A stretch of DNA of 64,000 nt from contig CDROCS010006357.1 in assembly GCA_977020255.1 (NCBI GenBank), positions 1-64,000 on the forward strand, read 5' to 3'. The stretch is from Obrimoposthia wandeli. Its lineage: Eukaryota. Both the position numbers and the translations under genes were made by a program. Under the pieces are notes generated by a model that worked only from the letters and a program-made list of their open reading frames with translations, ran no database searches and was not told where the DNA came from. Of this stretch, positions 47,669 through 62,270 are shown one piece after another. Numbering within the stretch: position 1 is the first letter of the stretch; every line of letters starts with the position of its first letter.

Positions 47669-48046
47669 CTACTTACGTTTATGGGTTAAGGCCTTAGTAT
47701 ATTCAGCCATAAAGCCGGCTAAATTAATACTCTGCTGCAAAATAATGTTACGAGCAGAATGAGGTAATCGGCTAAAATATTGCAATAAACGATCAATCTC
47801 TTCTTTATATTCACTTTCTAAAATTTCAATACCTTCATCCCCGTAAACAAACCACGTTAACGGGCGCTCGGTTATTTCAGAAATTTCTGACAGTAGGCGT
47901 ACTTTGGGTTCCGTTTTCCCTGTTTCGAGGTCAAGGTACGTCTGGCGAGCAACCTGTAATTGTTGAGCCATATGGACCTGCGTTAACCCTTTCCACTCTC
48001 GTGCTTCTTTAATACGTGCAGCGATCTTGGCTTTAGAATCTGTCAT
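47669..48046 (-). CDS. XRE/Cro-CI family HTH transcriptional regulator (paralog 2)
   Basis: IKEAREWKGLTQ...ARQTYLDLETGKTEP; GGAGG before MTDSK. Confidence 0.9.
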   Translation of the reverse strand: MTDSKAKIAARIKEAREWKGLTQVHMAQQLQVARQTYLDLETGKTEPKVRLLSEISEITERPLTWFVYGDEGIEILESEYKEEIDRLLQYFSRLPHSARNIILQQSINLAGFMAEYTKALTHKRK

Positions 48047-48295
48047 GTCTAACCTCCAATACAAAAATAAATGAAGAATGCCTAGCAATCATGACAACAC
48101 TTGCAGGTAGTAAGCCAACTTGTATATTGATTTAGTAACCTACTAAATCAAAGGCTTAACTAAAAAACCAGCAGCTTATTCTTATTTTGGATTGCAGAAA
48201 ATAAAAATGCCTTATGATATTTTCATTTCGCAATAAATTCGTCACTGATGTATTAGAGAATAGACGCAACATATTTACACGGGCTGAGAAACGAC

Positions 48296-48322
48296 AAAAA
48301 GCGCCATAATTGGCGCCTTTTT
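48296..48322 (-). terminator. Rho-independent terminator after glmS
   Basis: GCGCCA-N4-TGGCGC stem flanked by A/T runs. Confidence 0.82.
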
Positions 48323-48324
48323 CT

Positions 48325-48400
48325 CAATAGTGAAACACTTATTGATAAGTACTTTTACTCAACAGTAACGGCTTTCGCTAAGTTACGGGGTTGATCGACA
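48325..48400 (-). other. attTn7 target region (apparently unoccupied)
   Basis: The glmS 3' end encodes [11 protein letters not shown], the known TnsD recognition region; no Tn7 end or tns genes follow. Confidence 0.6.
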
Positions 48401-50187
48401 TCTGTACCTTTAATCAATGCGACATAGTAAGACAGTAATTGCATTGGGACGGTGTAGAAAATCGGGGCGGTGTACTCGCTAACGTGCGGCATAGTGATAA
48501 TTTTCATACCATCACACGGTTCAAAGCCTGCATTCTCATCAGCAAACACATAAAGTAAGCCGCCACGTGCACGCACTTCTTCAATATTGGATTTTAGTTT
48601 CTCTAACAATTCATTGGTTGGTGCAACCACGACAACAGGCATATCAGCATCAATCAATGCTAATGGACCATGTTTGAGTTCACCCGCCGCATAGGCTTCA
48701 GCGTGAATGTAAGAAATTTCTTTCAGTTTAAGCGCCGCTTCCATTGCAATAGGGTAGTACTCACCACGACCTAAGAACAAAGTATGGTGCTTGTCGGCAA
48801 AATCAACGGCTAAGCCTTCGATTTCTTTATCAAATGACAATGCACTTTCAATTTGCGCGGGCAGTTGATGCAATGCTTTAACAATTTCCGCTTCTTTCTC
48901 TTTGCTGATCACGCCTTTTTGCTTACCAAGCGCCGTTACCATCATCAGTAGAGCAGAAAGCTGTGTAGTGAATGCTTTGGTTGATGCCACACCAATTTCA
49001 GTACCAGCACGCGTCATAAAGGCAAAATCAGATTCGCGAACCAATGAAGATCCAGCCACATTACATACCGTCATTGCTCCCATGTAACCGCGTTTTTTGG
49101 CAAGACGTAATGCCGCTAACGTATCTGCCGTTTCACCAGATTGCGACAGAGTGATCAATAGGCTGTTAGGGCGAGTAACAAACTTGCGATAGCGGAATTC
49201 AGAGGCAATTTCTACATCACAACTCACGCCTGCGATAGATTCAAACCAGTAACGTGCAACCATACCTGAGTTATAAGATGTGCCACAGGCAATAATTTGT
49301 ACGTGCTCAACTTTATTTAGGATTTCTACCGCATTCACCCCAATGCTTTCAGTCACTACACTATCAGCAGTAATACGTCCTTCCATGGTGTTAATTAATG
49401 CTGTTGGCTGTTCAAAGATCTCTTTTTGCATAAAGTGACGGTACTGACCTTTATCACCCGCATCATGCTCTGCGTTTGATTCCGTGACTTCACGTTCAAC
49501 CACGTTGCCATGCACATCAAAAACATTGACATCACGACGGGTAATTTCGGCAACATCACCTTCTTCTAAGAACATGAAACGACGCGTCACATTCAATAGG
49601 GCAAGTTGATCAGACGCTAAGAAATTTTCACCAACACCTAAGCCAATAACCAACGGGCTACCAGAACGTGCCACGACTAAACGCTCAGGATCACGACGGT
49701 CCATAGCAACAGTGCCGTATGCGCCTTCCAGTTGAGCTGCTGTTTTCTGTACCGCTTCTAATAATGTTTTAGCGCTACGTAATTCCCACTCGACAAGGTG
49801 AGCAATCACTTCAGTATCTGTTTGAGATTCAAAGATGTATCCACGCTCTTGCAACACTGCACGTAAGTATTCGTGATTTTCAATGATACCATTGTGAACA
49901 ATCGAGATATCACCAGAAACATGTGGGTGAGCATTCGCTTCTGACGGTTCACCGTGTGTAGCCCAACGAGTGTGCGCAATACCCGTACCACCCACAATAG
50001 GGTTGCTGTCGACAGCATCGGCCAGTTCTTTTACTTTGCCTAAGCGACGAACACGTTTAAGATTGCATTCTGTATCAAGAATAGCGACACCCGCAGAGTC
50101 ATAACCACGATACTCAAGGCGGCGTAAACCTTCGACTAATATTTCAGCGACATCACGTTGTGCTACTGCACCAACAATCCCACACAT
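48355..50187 (-). CDS. glmS: Glutamine-fructose-6-phosphate aminotransferase
   Basis: [14 protein letters not shown] and C-terminal [11 protein letters not shown] motifs. Confidence 0.99.
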   Translation of the reverse strand: MCGIVGAVAQRDVAEILVEGLRRLEYRGYDSAGVAILDTECNLKRVRRLGKVKELADAVDSNPIVGGTGIAHTRWATHGEPSEANAHPHVSGDISIVHNGIIENHEYLRAVLQERGYIFESQTDTEVIAHLVEWELRSAKTLLEAVQKTAAQLEGAYGTVAMDRRDPERLVVARSGSPLVIGLGVGENFLASDQLALLNVTRRFMFLEEGDVAEITRRDVNVFDVHGNVVEREVTESNAEHDAGDKGQYRHFMQKEIFEQPTALINTMEGRITADSVVTESIGVNAVEILNKVEHVQIIACGTSYNSGMVARYWFESIAGVSCDVEIASEFRYRKFVTRPNSLLITLSQSGETADTLAALRLAKKRGYMGAMTVCNVAGSSLVRESDFAFMTRAGTEIGVASTKAFTTQLSALLMMVTALGKQKGVISKEKEAEIVKALHQLPAQIESALSFDKEIEGLAVDFADKHHTLFLGRGEYYPIAMEAALKLKEISYIHAEAYAAGELKHGPLALIDADMPVVVVAPTNELLEKLKSNIEEVRARGGLLYVFADENAGFEPCDGMKIITMPHVSEYTAPIFYTVPMQLLSYYVALIKGTDVDQPRNLAKAVTVE

Positions 50188-50205
50188 ATTTTTATCTCCT
50201 AAATC

Positions 50206-50976
50206 TTATTCAACTGAGGTACAGATAACCTGCACACCTTGATATTCTATTTGTTCTTTCGCCTCTGCACTTAAGCCATCATCAGTCACCAGCGTACTGA
50301 TATTGCTCCACGGCAGTTCCATGTTGGGAATTTTTCGACCAATTTTGTCTGATTCGACCATCACGACAACTTCACGGGATACTTCTGCCATGACTCGGCT
50401 TAAGCCAATCAATTCATTAAACGTTGTAGTACCACGAGCAATATCAATGCCATCAGCACCAATAAACAACTGATCAAAGTCATATGACCGTAATACGGAT
50501 TCCGCCACTTGACCTTGGAAGGCTTCTGAATGGGGATCCCACGTGCCTCCCGTCATCAGCAATGTAGGTTCGTTTTCGAGCTCATTTAAGGCGTTCGCCA
50601 CATTCAATGAGTTCGTCATCACGATTAAGCCTTGTTTGCTGCCTAATAAACTAATCAGTGAAGCGGTAGTACTACCACTGTCGATGATGATGCGATTATG
50701 GTCGCGAATACGTAGAGCAGCCGCTTTAGCAATGGCTAACTTACGAACCGAAACTTTATTTTCAACATCAACGGAAACTATTTCTGAAGGCATCGCAATA
50801 GCACCACCATAACGGCGTAGCAATAAGCCATTGGTTTCTAATGCAGTTAGGTCTTTACGAATGGTGACTTCTGAAGTAGCAAAGAAAGTCGCGAGCTGAT
50901 CAACGCTAACCTCACCCTTTTCATTCACTAAACTCACAATAGTGTGACGACGTTGCTGAGTGTTTCTTTTAGACAT
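50206..50976 (-). CDS. DeoR/GlpR family regulator upstream of glmS (GlmR-like)
   Basis: SEVTIRKDL..LE..G.L.R.YGGA HTH; IIDSGST sensor domain. Confidence 0.88.
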   Translation of the reverse strand: MSKRNTQQRRHTIVSLVNEKGEVSVDQLATFFATSEVTIRKDLTALETNGLLLRRYGGAIAMPSEIVSVDVENKVSVRKLAIAKAAALRIRDHNRIIIDSGSTTASLISLLGSKQGLIVMTNSLNVANALNELENEPTLLMTGGTWDPHSEAFQGQVAESVLRSYDFDQLFIGADGIDIARGTTTFNELIGLSRVMAEVSREVVVMVESDKIGRKIPNMELPWSNISTLVTDDGLSAEAKEQIEYQGVQVICTSVE

Positions 50977-50994
50977 TATGTTTTGATTCGTTAG

Positions 50995-51021
50995 CATTAA
51001 GTTTCGAACTGAAACTTAATG
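50995..51021. promoter_or_regulatory. Perfect 11-5-11 palindrome, probable GlmR operator
   Basis: CATTAAGTTTC-gaact-GAAACTTAATG, about 20 bp upstream of the DeoR gene start. Confidence 0.65.
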
Positions 51022-51190
51022 ATAGCAAACCAAAACAAATAAGATCAATACGCAAAGGGAATATTACGGTATTTATTTAATAAGAAGAGACTGTTTTTGT
51101 GGTTATTATCACGAAATGCGGGGATCAACAGACGGAAAAAAAGCAGATAGTAATCTGCCTTTATTCATTCAAAGCGATACAGCGAATATA

Positions 51191-52552
51191 TTACTTTTGC
51201 TTTACTGGGCGCTTCCAACCTTTGATAGTACGGGCAGGAGCGCGAGTAATGACTAACTCACCTTCACCAATATCACGATTAATCGTTGCGCCAGCCCCAA
51301 TGGTGGCCCCTTTGCCAATTTTAACAGGAGCAATTAATTGGGTATCAGAACCAACAAAGACATCATCGCCAATTTCAGTCTTAAACTTATTCACACCGTC
51401 GTAATTGCAGGTAATGGTTCCCGCACCGATATTCACTCGTTCACCGATATCAGCATCGCCTAGATACGTAAGATGATTCGCTTTAGAACCACGTCCAAGA
51501 CGTGACTTCTTCATTTCAACGAAGTTACCCACGTGAGAGTCACCCACCAGCTCGGCACCCGGGCGCAAGCGAGTAAATGGACCTACAGTACAATCTTCAC
51601 CAACAGTCGCACCTTCAATCACGCTGTAAGGTCGAATAACACTGTTATCATCAATCTCACAGTCTTTTAGCACACAGCCCGTACCAATGAGTACATTGTT
51701 ACCGATTGAAACGTTACCTTCGATGATCACGTTAACGTCAATCTCGACATCCGTACCACATTGCAACTTACCACGCAGATCAAAGCGAGATGGATCACGT
51801 AGCATTACGCCTTGCTCTAATAGGCGTTCAGCTTGCATGGCTTGATATGCGCGCTCTAATCGTGCCAATTGAATACGGTTATTAACCCCTTCAACTTCAA
51901 TTGGATTCACCGGATGAACCGCTTCGACAGCACGGCCTTCATCATGCGCTATCGCAATAATATCGGTTAGGTAGTACTCACCTTGTGAATTTTCATTTTT
52001 CAGCTGACCTAACCAACGCTTCAGATCGCCACCATTTGCGACCATCACACCGGTATTAATCTCTTTGATCAGCTTTTGCTCTTCACTAGCATCTTTCTGT
52101 TCAACAATAGCCACGACTGGGCCATTACGGCGAACAATACGCCCATAACCTGTCGGGTTGTCGAGTACGACAGTCAGCAGCGCGATACCGCCATCCGGCT
52201 GGGCATCAAGTAAATTAGTTAATGTATCACCACTAATCAATGGTACGTCACCGTATAGGATCAGCACTTTTTCATTATCAGCTAAACCAGGAGAGGCTTG
52301 ATTAACCGCGTGACCCGTACCAAGCTGTTCAGCTTGCAGTACCCAGCTTACAGGCTCATCAGCCAGCACTTGCTGCATCGTATCGCCACCATGGCCATAC
52401 ACTAAATGAATATGGCTTGCACCAAGATCACCACAAGTATCAATGACGTGCTTAGCCATAGACTTACCGGCAAGGGTGTGAAGTACTTTAGGCAAGTTTG
52501 AATACATGCGGGTGCCTTTTCCCGCAGCGAGAATCACAGCGCTAAAGCTCAT
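51191..52552 (-). CDS. glmU: Bifunctional UDP-GlcNAc pyrophosphorylase / acetyltransferase
   Basis: LAAGKGTRM motif; hexapeptide repeats; NYDG motif. Confidence 0.98.
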   Translation of the reverse strand: MSFSAVILAAGKGTRMYSNLPKVLHTLAGKSMAKHVIDTCGDLGASHIHLVYGHGGDTMQQVLADEPVSWVLQAEQLGTGHAVNQASPGLADNEKVLILYGDVPLISGDTLTNLLDAQPDGGIALLTVVLDNPTGYGRIVRRNGPVVAIVEQKDASEEQKLIKEINTGVMVANGGDLKRWLGQLKNENSQGEYYLTDIIAIAHDEGRAVEAVHPVNPIEVEGVNNRIQLARLERAYQAMQAERLLEQGVMLRDPSRFDLRGKLQCGTDVEIDVNVIIEGNVSIGNNVLIGTGCVLKDCEIDDNSVIRPYSVIEGATVGEDCTVGPFTRLRPGAELVGDSHVGNFVEMKKSRLGRGSKANHLTYLGDADIGERVNIGAGTITCNYDGVNKFKTEIGDDVFVGSDTQLIAPVKIGKGATIGAGATINRDIGEGELVITRAPARTIKGWKRPVKQK

Positions 52553-52735
52553 GATAGTTATCCTTTTTGATGCATATATGAAATCGAAACTGCACGCATT
52601 GTAGCGCTCTAATTGATGATATTTAAGAGTACCCCCTTAATTTTATCTAAGTATTAACGGTATTTTGACGCATATAACATCCCATAGGCCCAAAGAGTTG
52701 ACCAAAAAAATGCCCGCAAGGTAAATATTAGATAT

Positions 52736-52763
52736 AAAAAAAGCGACCCTAAGGTCGCTTTTT
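52736..52763 (-). terminator. atp operon terminator
   Basis: AAAAAGCGACC/GGTCGCTTTTT stem. Confidence 0.85.
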
Positions 52764-52778
52764 GCGTCATACGCCTGA

Positions 52779-53201
52779 TTAACGCATTTTTTTCGTCAGC
52801 TCGATTACTCGTAGCTGAGCGATTGCTTTAGCCAGATCACTGGCCGCTTGAGCAAAGTTAATATCGCCATGCTGATTATGGATTTGCTCCTCAGCTTGAC
52901 GTTTCGCTTCTTCAGCCTTAGCAGCATCCAAATCTTCACCACGAATAGCGGTGTCAGCAAGTACAGTAACTGTACTTGGCTGAACTTCAAGCATGCCACC
53001 AGAAAGATAAATAACTTCTTCCTCGTCATTCTGCTTAGTGATTCGAATCATACCCGGCGTGATAGCGGTCAGCAGCGGTGTGTGTCCTGCGTGTATACCC
53101 AGTTCACCTTCGCTACCGGTCACCTGAACATTTTGAGCTCGACCAGAGAATAATTTCTTCTCTGCGCTTACAACGTCAAGGTGGAAGGTTATCGCTGCCA
53201 T
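52779..53201 (-). CDS. atpC: ATP synthase epsilon subunit
   Basis: HLDVVSAE...[13 protein letters not shown]. Confidence 0.97.
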   Translation of the reverse strand: MAAITFHLDVVSAEKKLFSGRAQNVQVTGSEGELGIHAGHTPLLTAITPGMIRITKQNDEEEVIYLSGGMLEVQPSTVTVLADTAIRGEDLDAAKAEEAKRQAEEQIHNQHGDINFAQAASDLAKAIAQLRVIELTKKMR

Positions 53202-53218
53202 GTCGCCTCCTACTCAGC

Positions 53219-55524
<2,306 letters not shown>

Positions 55525-55570
55525 CGTTACTCTCCGTTAGTAGGTGATCGCAAATGCGATCACCAACCAA

Positions 55571-57112
55571 TTACCAAGTTTGGGTAGCTTTGAAATCTTC
55601 AACCAGTTTAACGAACTGAGCTTCGACTTCACTGTTCCATGCACCCGTTTCATCAATCTGAGATACTAGCTCAGCAAATTGACCTTTAGCATAAGAAAGC
55701 AACGCAGCTTCGAAGTCAGCAAGCTTAGTCAGCTCGATGTCATTCAAATAGCCTTTTTCAGCAGCAAAGATAACCACAGCCTGTTCAAAAACAGACATCG
55801 GTGCATATTGCTTTTGCTTCATCAATTCAGTCACTTTCTGACCGTGATCAAGCTGCTTTTTAGTTGCCGCATCAAGGTCAGACGAGAACTGAGCAAATGC
55901 TGCTAGTTCACGATACTGTGCAAGAGCAGTACGAATACCACCAGACAGTTTCTTAATGATCTTGGTTTGAGCGGAACCACCTACACGAGATACAGAAATA
56001 CCTGGGTCAACAGCTGGACGGAGACCACCGTCAAACAGCTCTTTCTGTAGGAAAATCTGACCATCAGTGATGGAGATTACGTTCGTCGGTACGAATGCCG
56101 ATACGTCACCAGCTTGCGTTTCGATAATTGGAAGCGCAGTCAGTGAACCGGTCTTACCTTTAACTTCACCGTTAGTGAACTTTTCTACGTAATTCACGCT
56201 TACACGAGATGCACGCTCTAGAAGACGCGAGTGCAAGTAGAAAACGTCACCAGGGTAAGCTTCACGACCTGGTGGACGACGAAGAAGTAGAGAGATCTGA
56301 CGGTAAGCAACTGCTTGCTTAGACAAATCATCATATACGATCAACGCATCTTCACCGCGGTCACGGAAATACTCACCCATTGCACAACCAGAGTATGGTG
56401 CAAGGTATTGTAGTGCCGCCGCTTCAGAAGCAGATGCAACAACAACGATAGTATTTTCCAATGCGCCATGTTCTTCCAGCTTACGAACTACGTTAGCAAT
56501 AGTTGAAGCTTTCTGGCCGATAGCAACGTAAACAGAGTAAATACCAGAATTTTTCTGATTGATGATGGCATCGATTGCCATCGCCGTTTTACCTGTCTGA
56601 CGGTCACCGATGATCAGCTCACGCTGACCACGACCGATTGGAATCATCGAGTCGACAGCTTTATAACCAGTCTGAAGTGGTTGATCAACTGACTTACGAT
56701 CGATAACACCTGGTGCAATAACTTCTACCGGAGAAGTTGTATCGGTATTAATAGGACCTTTACCATCGATCGCCTCACCCAGTGTGTTTACAACACGACC
56801 AAGTAACGCAGGACCAACAGGAACCTCAAGAATACGACCAGTACCTGTTACTTTCATGCCTTCCTGAAGGTCAGCATATGGGCCCATTACAACAGCACCA
56901 ACCGAGTCACGCTCAAGGTTAAGTGCTAGTGCAAAACGGCCACCAGGTAATTCAATCATTTCACCTTGCATTACGTCTGCAAGGCCATGGATACGAATGA
57001 TACCGTCACTTACTGAAATGATGGTACCTTCGTTGCGTGCTTCACTAACAACATTGAAATTTTCAATACGTTGTTTGATCAGTTCGCTAATTTCCGTGGA
57101 ATTAAGTTGCAT
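55571..57112 (-). CDS. atpA: ATP synthase alpha subunit
   Basis: GDRQTGKT; PGREAYPGD. Confidence 0.99.
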   Translation of the reverse strand: MQLNSTEISELIKQRIENFNVVSEARNEGTIISVSDGIIRIHGLADVMQGEMIELPGGRFALALNLERDSVGAVVMGPYADLQEGMKVTGTGRILEVPVGPALLGRVVNTLGEAIDGKGPINTDTTSPVEVIAPGVIDRKSVDQPLQTGYKAVDSMIPIGRGQRELIIGDRQTGKTAMAIDAIINQKNSGIYSVYVAIGQKASTIANVVRKLEEHGALENTIVVVASASEAAALQYLAPYSGCAMGEYFRDRGEDALIVYDDLSKQAVAYRQISLLLRRPPGREAYPGDVFYLHSRLLERASRVSVNYVEKFTNGEVKGKTGSLTALPIIETQAGDVSAFVPTNVISITDGQIFLQKELFDGGLRPAVDPGISVSRVGGSAQTKIIKKLSGGIRTALAQYRELAAFAQFSSDLDAATKKQLDHGQKVTELMKQKQYAPMSVFEQAVVIFAAEKGYLNDIELTKLADFEAALLSYAKGQFAELVSQIDETGAWNSEVEAQFVKLVEDFKATQTW

Positions 57113-57128
57113 GCTCCAATTCCCTAAA

Positions 57129-57662
57129 TCAAGACTGCAAAGTATCGCTCAGACGGGTTAATTTACCGCGTACTGAGTTATCGATTACCAGGTCTCCAGC
57201 TCTAATTACGACCCCAGCAATCAGGGTCTCGTCTACACTGCAGTTCAGCTTCACTTCACGATCAAGACGCTTACCAAGTTTCGTACTAATAGCTGCAAGT
57301 TGAGCATCATCTAAAACCACCGCAGAAATCACGTCAGCTTCGATAACTTTTTCATGTTCATTTTTTAAGAACACGAACTCGTCACAGATATTAGGTAGTA
57401 CTTTAAGGCGTCCATTCTCAGCCAAAACTTTTAATAAGTTCTGACCAAATTCGTTGAGTTGCTCACCGCAAACTGAAACAAAAATTTCAGTTAGCTTTTC
57501 AGCAGCAAATCCACTACCCAAGATATCTTGCATAGTTTCATCTTTTACTACTTCACCAGCAAAAGTAAGCATTTCAGCCCATTGGACTAGCTCACCATTC
57601 TCAACCGCAAAATCAAAGGCTGCTTTAGCGTAGGGGCGTGCGATAGTAGTCATATCCGACAT
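57129..57662 (-). CDS. atpH: ATP synthase delta subunit
   Basis: [10 protein letters not shown]; position in the operon. Confidence 0.97.
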   Translation of the reverse strand: MSDMTTIARPYAKAAFDFAVENGELVQWAEMLTFAGEVVKDETMQDILGSGFAAEKLTEIFVSVCGEQLNEFGQNLLKVLAENGRLKVLPNICDEFVFLKNEHEKVIEADVISAVVLDDAQLAAISTKLGKRLDREVKLNCSVDETLIAGVVIRAGDLVIDNSVRGKLTRLSDTLQS

Positions 57663-57678
57663 GTGCTTGCCCCTTTAA

Positions 57679-58149
57679 TTACAGTTCTGCAGTGACTTTG
57701 TTAAGAAGATCAGCATGAACGTCTTTATCAATCGTACGTTCAATGATTTTCTCAGCACCAATCACAGCTAGAGTTGCAACTTGTTTTCTCAGATCATCAC
57801 GAGCGCGATTGCGCTCAGCTTCGATTTCAGCTTGGCCTTGAGCAAGAATATTCTTACGCTCAGCTTGCGCTTCTATTTTCGCTTCATCGATGATCTGAGC
57901 TTTACGTTTGTTTGCTTGCTCAATGAGCTCGCTCGCTGCACGTTTCGCATCTTTCAATTGATCAGAAGCATTCGCTTGCGCTAGATTCAGGTCTTTGGCT
58001 GCGCGATCTGCTGCAGCCAAACCGTCAGCAATTTTTGTCTGACGTTCTTCAATCGCTTCCATAAGCGGTGGCCATACATATTTCATGCAGAACACGACAA
58101 ATAGGAAAAAAGCGATAGCCTGACCCAGCAAAGTTGCATTCATATTCAC
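57679..58149 (-). CDS. atpF: ATP synthase b subunit
   Basis: [10 protein letters not shown]...MKYVWPP. Confidence 0.97.
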   Translation of the reverse strand: MNMNATLLGQAIAFFLFVVFCMKYVWPPLMEAIEERQTKIADGLAAADRAAKDLNLAQANASDQLKDAKRAASELIEQANKRKAQIIDEAKIEAQAERKNILAQGQAEIEAERNRARDDLRKQVATLAVIGAEKIIERTIDKDVHADLLNKVTAEL

Positions 58150-58226
58150 AACGCATCTCCTTTAAAAGGGTTGCTATGGGTCCATTTGCGACTGTAATAA
58201 ACCGTAAGGTTAAAAACAGCTATTGA

Positions 58227-59353
<1,127 letters not shown>

Positions 59354-59358
59354 TCATC

Positions 59359-59748
59359 CTATTTGTTGCTGTTAATAAATAAAACTGGCCCAAATATGTT
59401 AATTCCAAGAACCAGCAAATAGGTCAGCTTGAGGGGAACAAGTTCCACCTCCATATACAGGTAAACAATGGCAAATAGGATGACTGTGATGAGAATTTTT
59501 AACACTTCCCCACCAAAAAACGATGCCATCACCAGTCGTGCCTTGCGAGCACCACTAAAGAGAAAAGCACACGTGGCAAAAACCGTATTGGCTATCACAA
59601 AGATACCACCACCGATTAATGCCGAGATTCCCCAGTCAACACTGACAGCAAACACTGCCATTAATGCCGTTGTTAAAACGACGCCAGCTTGCAATAACAG
59701 TAACCGCTTCGCCAATTGGCGTCCTGGTTTAACTAGCGCCGATACCAT
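59359..59748 (-). CDS. atpI: ATP synthase protein I
   Basis: Hydrophobic, first gene of the operon; GAGG before MVSALV. Confidence 0.9.
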   Translation of the reverse strand: MVSALVKPGRQLAKRLLLLQAGVVLTTALMAVFAVSVDWGISALIGGGIFVIANTVFATCAFLFSGARKARLVMASFFGGEVLKILITVILFAIVYLYMEVELVPLKLTYLLVLGINIFGPVLFINSNK

Positions 59749-59806
59749 GTATTCGTTCCTCGAGTCCATTCCACTACACAATCATCATGCTGGGAAAACT
59801 GCGAAA

Positions 59807-59834
59807 ATTATACGGCTCATTAGATTGAATGCAA
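59807..59834 (-). promoter_or_regulatory. atp operon promoter TTGCAT-N16-TATAAT
   Basis: Perfect -10 hexamer about 60 bp upstream of atpI. Confidence 0.65.
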
Positions 59835-59926
59835 TCTAATAGCAGCAAAAAAAAGAGTTAGATTTTACAACACAATAACTTGATCACATTGTTGTAAAGT
59901 TTGCAACAAAGCAGACATGTTCTCGA

Positions 59927-60820
59927 TCACATTTCCTGATCAAAAATTGCAATAAGTTGTTTAAACTTGTGGAGTTCATCAAAGCTAATAACAATCTTAC
60001 CTTTACCATTCTTTTGATGGTTAATTGCTACCTGAGTGCCCAATCGTTCGCTTAAACTATTTTCTAGTTCTTTAACCTCTAAATTTTCAGCAGGTCTAAC
60101 ACGTTCACTTACAGGGTTAAGCAGTTTTTTTACTAACTTTTCAGTGTCACGTACATTCAGCATTTTAGTCACAACGGTTTCTGCAGCTTCTAACTGCATA
60201 TCAGCGTCCAAACTAAGAAGGGCACGTGCATGTCCCATATCAAGTTGACGCCGTTCAAGCATACGCTTTACCGGAGCTTCTAACTGATTTAAACGGAGCA
60301 AATTAGATACAGCAGCACGAGACTTACCCACCGCTTCCGCGATTTGCTGATGGGTCAGAGAAAACTCACTCTGTAAACGTTCGAATGCTTGTGCTTCTTC
60401 AATCGAATTAAGATCTTCACGTTGAATATTCTCAATCAACGCTATCGCAATCACTGCACGGTCGTTAACATCCTTAATAATACAAGGAATATTCTGAAGC
60501 CCAGCTTGACGAGCTGCTCGCCAACGTCGCTCACCAGCGATGATTTCATATTGTTGAGATGCTAATTTACGAACAACAATAGGCTGGATAATACCTTGCG
60601 CGCGAATAGAGTCACTTAACTCTGCAAGTGCTTCATCCGACATTTCTTTACGCGGTTGGTATTGACCAGGCTGGAGCAGATGAATAGGCAGTTCTCTTAA
60701 CGTACCATCTGCTGATAATGATTGTGCTTTATCAGCACTTTGCTGCTTTGCTTGCGCAACAGAACTTGTTGCTAACAATGCATCAAGGCCTTTTCCTAGA
60801 CCTCGTTTATTCATGTTCAT
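59927..60820 (-). CDS. parB: Chromosome I partition protein ParB
   Basis: GLGKGLDALL, GERRWRA and ENIQREDL motifs. Confidence 0.97.
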   Translation of the reverse strand: MNMNKRGLGKGLDALLATSSVAQAKQQSADKAQSLSADGTLRELPIHLLQPGQYQPRKEMSDEALAELSDSIRAQGIIQPIVVRKLASQQYEIIAGERRWRAARQAGLQNIPCIIKDVNDRAVIAIALIENIQREDLNSIEEAQAFERLQSEFSLTHQQIAEAVGKSRAAVSNLLRLNQLEAPVKRMLERRQLDMGHARALLSLDADMQLEAAETVVTKMLNVRDTEKLVKKLLNPVSERVRPAENLEVKELENSLSERLGTQVAINHQKNGKGKIVISFDELHKFKQLIAIFDQEM

Positions 60821-60829
60821 GATCAACCC

Positions 60830-61624
60830 TTATGCGTTGATAGCATCTGCGCTATGTGCCAGTTCGTCACGGCGAATCATTTCACCGGCTAAGGCTAAAT
60901 AAGCTTTTGCACCACTTGAATATTTATCGTAATACATTGCAGGGCGACCATGGCTCGGAGCTTCAGCAAGACGTACATTACGCGGAATAACAGTACGATA
61001 CACTTTATCACCAAAATGCTTCTTAAGCTGTTGAGATACTTCATTTGACAGTCTATTTCGAGGATCAAACATTGTTCTTAACAAACCTTCAATTTTAAGA
61101 TCTGCATTCACAACGGCTGTCAATTTACTGATGGTATCCATTAACGCTGTTAAGCCTTCCAACGCAAAATATTCACATTGCATAGGCACTAAAACAGAGT
61201 CAGCAGCAGTCATCGCGTTAATTGTAAGAAGATTAAGGGCAGGAGGGCAATCTATAAATATGAAATCATAGTTATCACGAACTACCTCTAAAGCATTACG
61301 TAAACGGACTTCACGTGCAAAGACTTCCATCAACTTAATTTCTGCCGCCGTAACATCACCATTGGCAGCTATCAAATGATAGCCCCCCGTGGTATCAGTA
61401 ATGACTACGTCGTTAAACGGGGTTTCTTCGACTAAAAGTTCATATGCTGTTGCGTCCACTTGGTATTTATCAACGCCACTTGCCATCGTTGCGTTACCTT
61501 GCGGATCTAAATCTATAACTAAGACTCTTCGTTGCGTTGCCGCTAATGAAGCGGCTAAATTAACGCAAGTCGTGGTTTTACCCACGCCACCTTTCTGATT
61601 TGCTATAGCAATAACTTTTCCCAC
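60830..61624 (-). CDS. parA: Chromosome I partition ATPase ParA/Soj
   Basis: NQKGGVGKTT and DLDPQGN motifs. Confidence 0.97.
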   Translation of the reverse strand: MGKVIAIANQKGGVGKTTTCVNLAASLAATQRRVLVIDLDPQGNATMASGVDKYQVDATAYELLVEETPFNDVVITDTTGGYHLIAANGDVTAAEIKLMEVFAREVRLRNALEVVRDNYDFIFIDCPPALNLLTINAMTAADSVLVPMQCEYFALEGLTALMDTISKLTAVVNADLKIEGLLRTMFDPRNRLSNEVSQQLKKHFGDKVYRTVIPRNVRLAEAPSHGRPAMYYDKYSSGAKAYLALAGEMIRRDELAHSADAINA

Positions 61625-61640
61625 GAAAAAACCTCATCCT

Positions 61641-62261
61641 TTATTTTTTTGCAGTCAAGACAACTAAATGACGCTCCCCTTCTAACTCAGGGATTTGCAA
61701 AGATTTAACTTCAGTCACAGAACACCACTCAGGTAACTCTGCCACTTCCTGTTCACTAAATTGACCTTTTAAAGCCAGAAAATGTCCATTTTTCGTTGGT
61801 AAATGGTGACACCAAGATACCATATCATTCATTGATGCAAATGCGCGGCTGATCACCCCATCAAACCCCTGTTCTGGTTGAAACTCTTCAACACGACTTT
61901 GCACTGGAGTTACATTGGCAATCTTCAGCTCATGCACCACTTGTTTAATAAAACGAATACGCTTACCCAAGCTATCAAGCAGTGTAAAGTTTTTCTCTGG
62001 ACACATAATGGCTAACGGAATACCCGGTAAACCCGGTCCCGTACCCACATCAATGAAATGCTCACCCTGAAGGTGAGCACTTACTACGATACTATCCATG
62101 ATATGTTTTACTAACATCTCATTAGGATCGCGTACTGATGTAAGATTGTACGCTTTATTCCATTTATGAAGCAGTTCTACATAACCGACAAGCTGCTGAA
62201 CTTGCAGTTCTGTGACTTGCAATTCAGTTTGTGCGATTAACTGCACTAAACGTTGTTTCAT
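61641..62261 (-). CDS. rsmG: 16S rRNA m7G527 methyltransferase (GidB)
   Basis: [10 protein letters not shown] and SRAFA motifs. Confidence 0.97.
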   Translation of the reverse strand: MKQRLVQLIAQTELQVTELQVQQLVGYVELLHKWNKAYNLTSVRDPNEMLVKHIMDSIVVSAHLQGEHFIDVGTGPGLPGIPLAIMCPEKNFTLLDSLGKRIRFIKQVVHELKIANVTPVQSRVEEFQPEQGFDGVISRAFASMNDMVSWCHHLPTKNGHFLALKGQFSEQEVAELPEWCSVTEVKSLQIPELEGERHLVVLTAKK

Positions 62262-62270
62262 TGATTATTC

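Noticed and set aside
55543-55564. Perfect hairpin GGTGATCGCA-aa-TGCGATCACC between atpA and atpG
   Set aside because: Intercistronic hairpins in atp operons are known translational/stability elements
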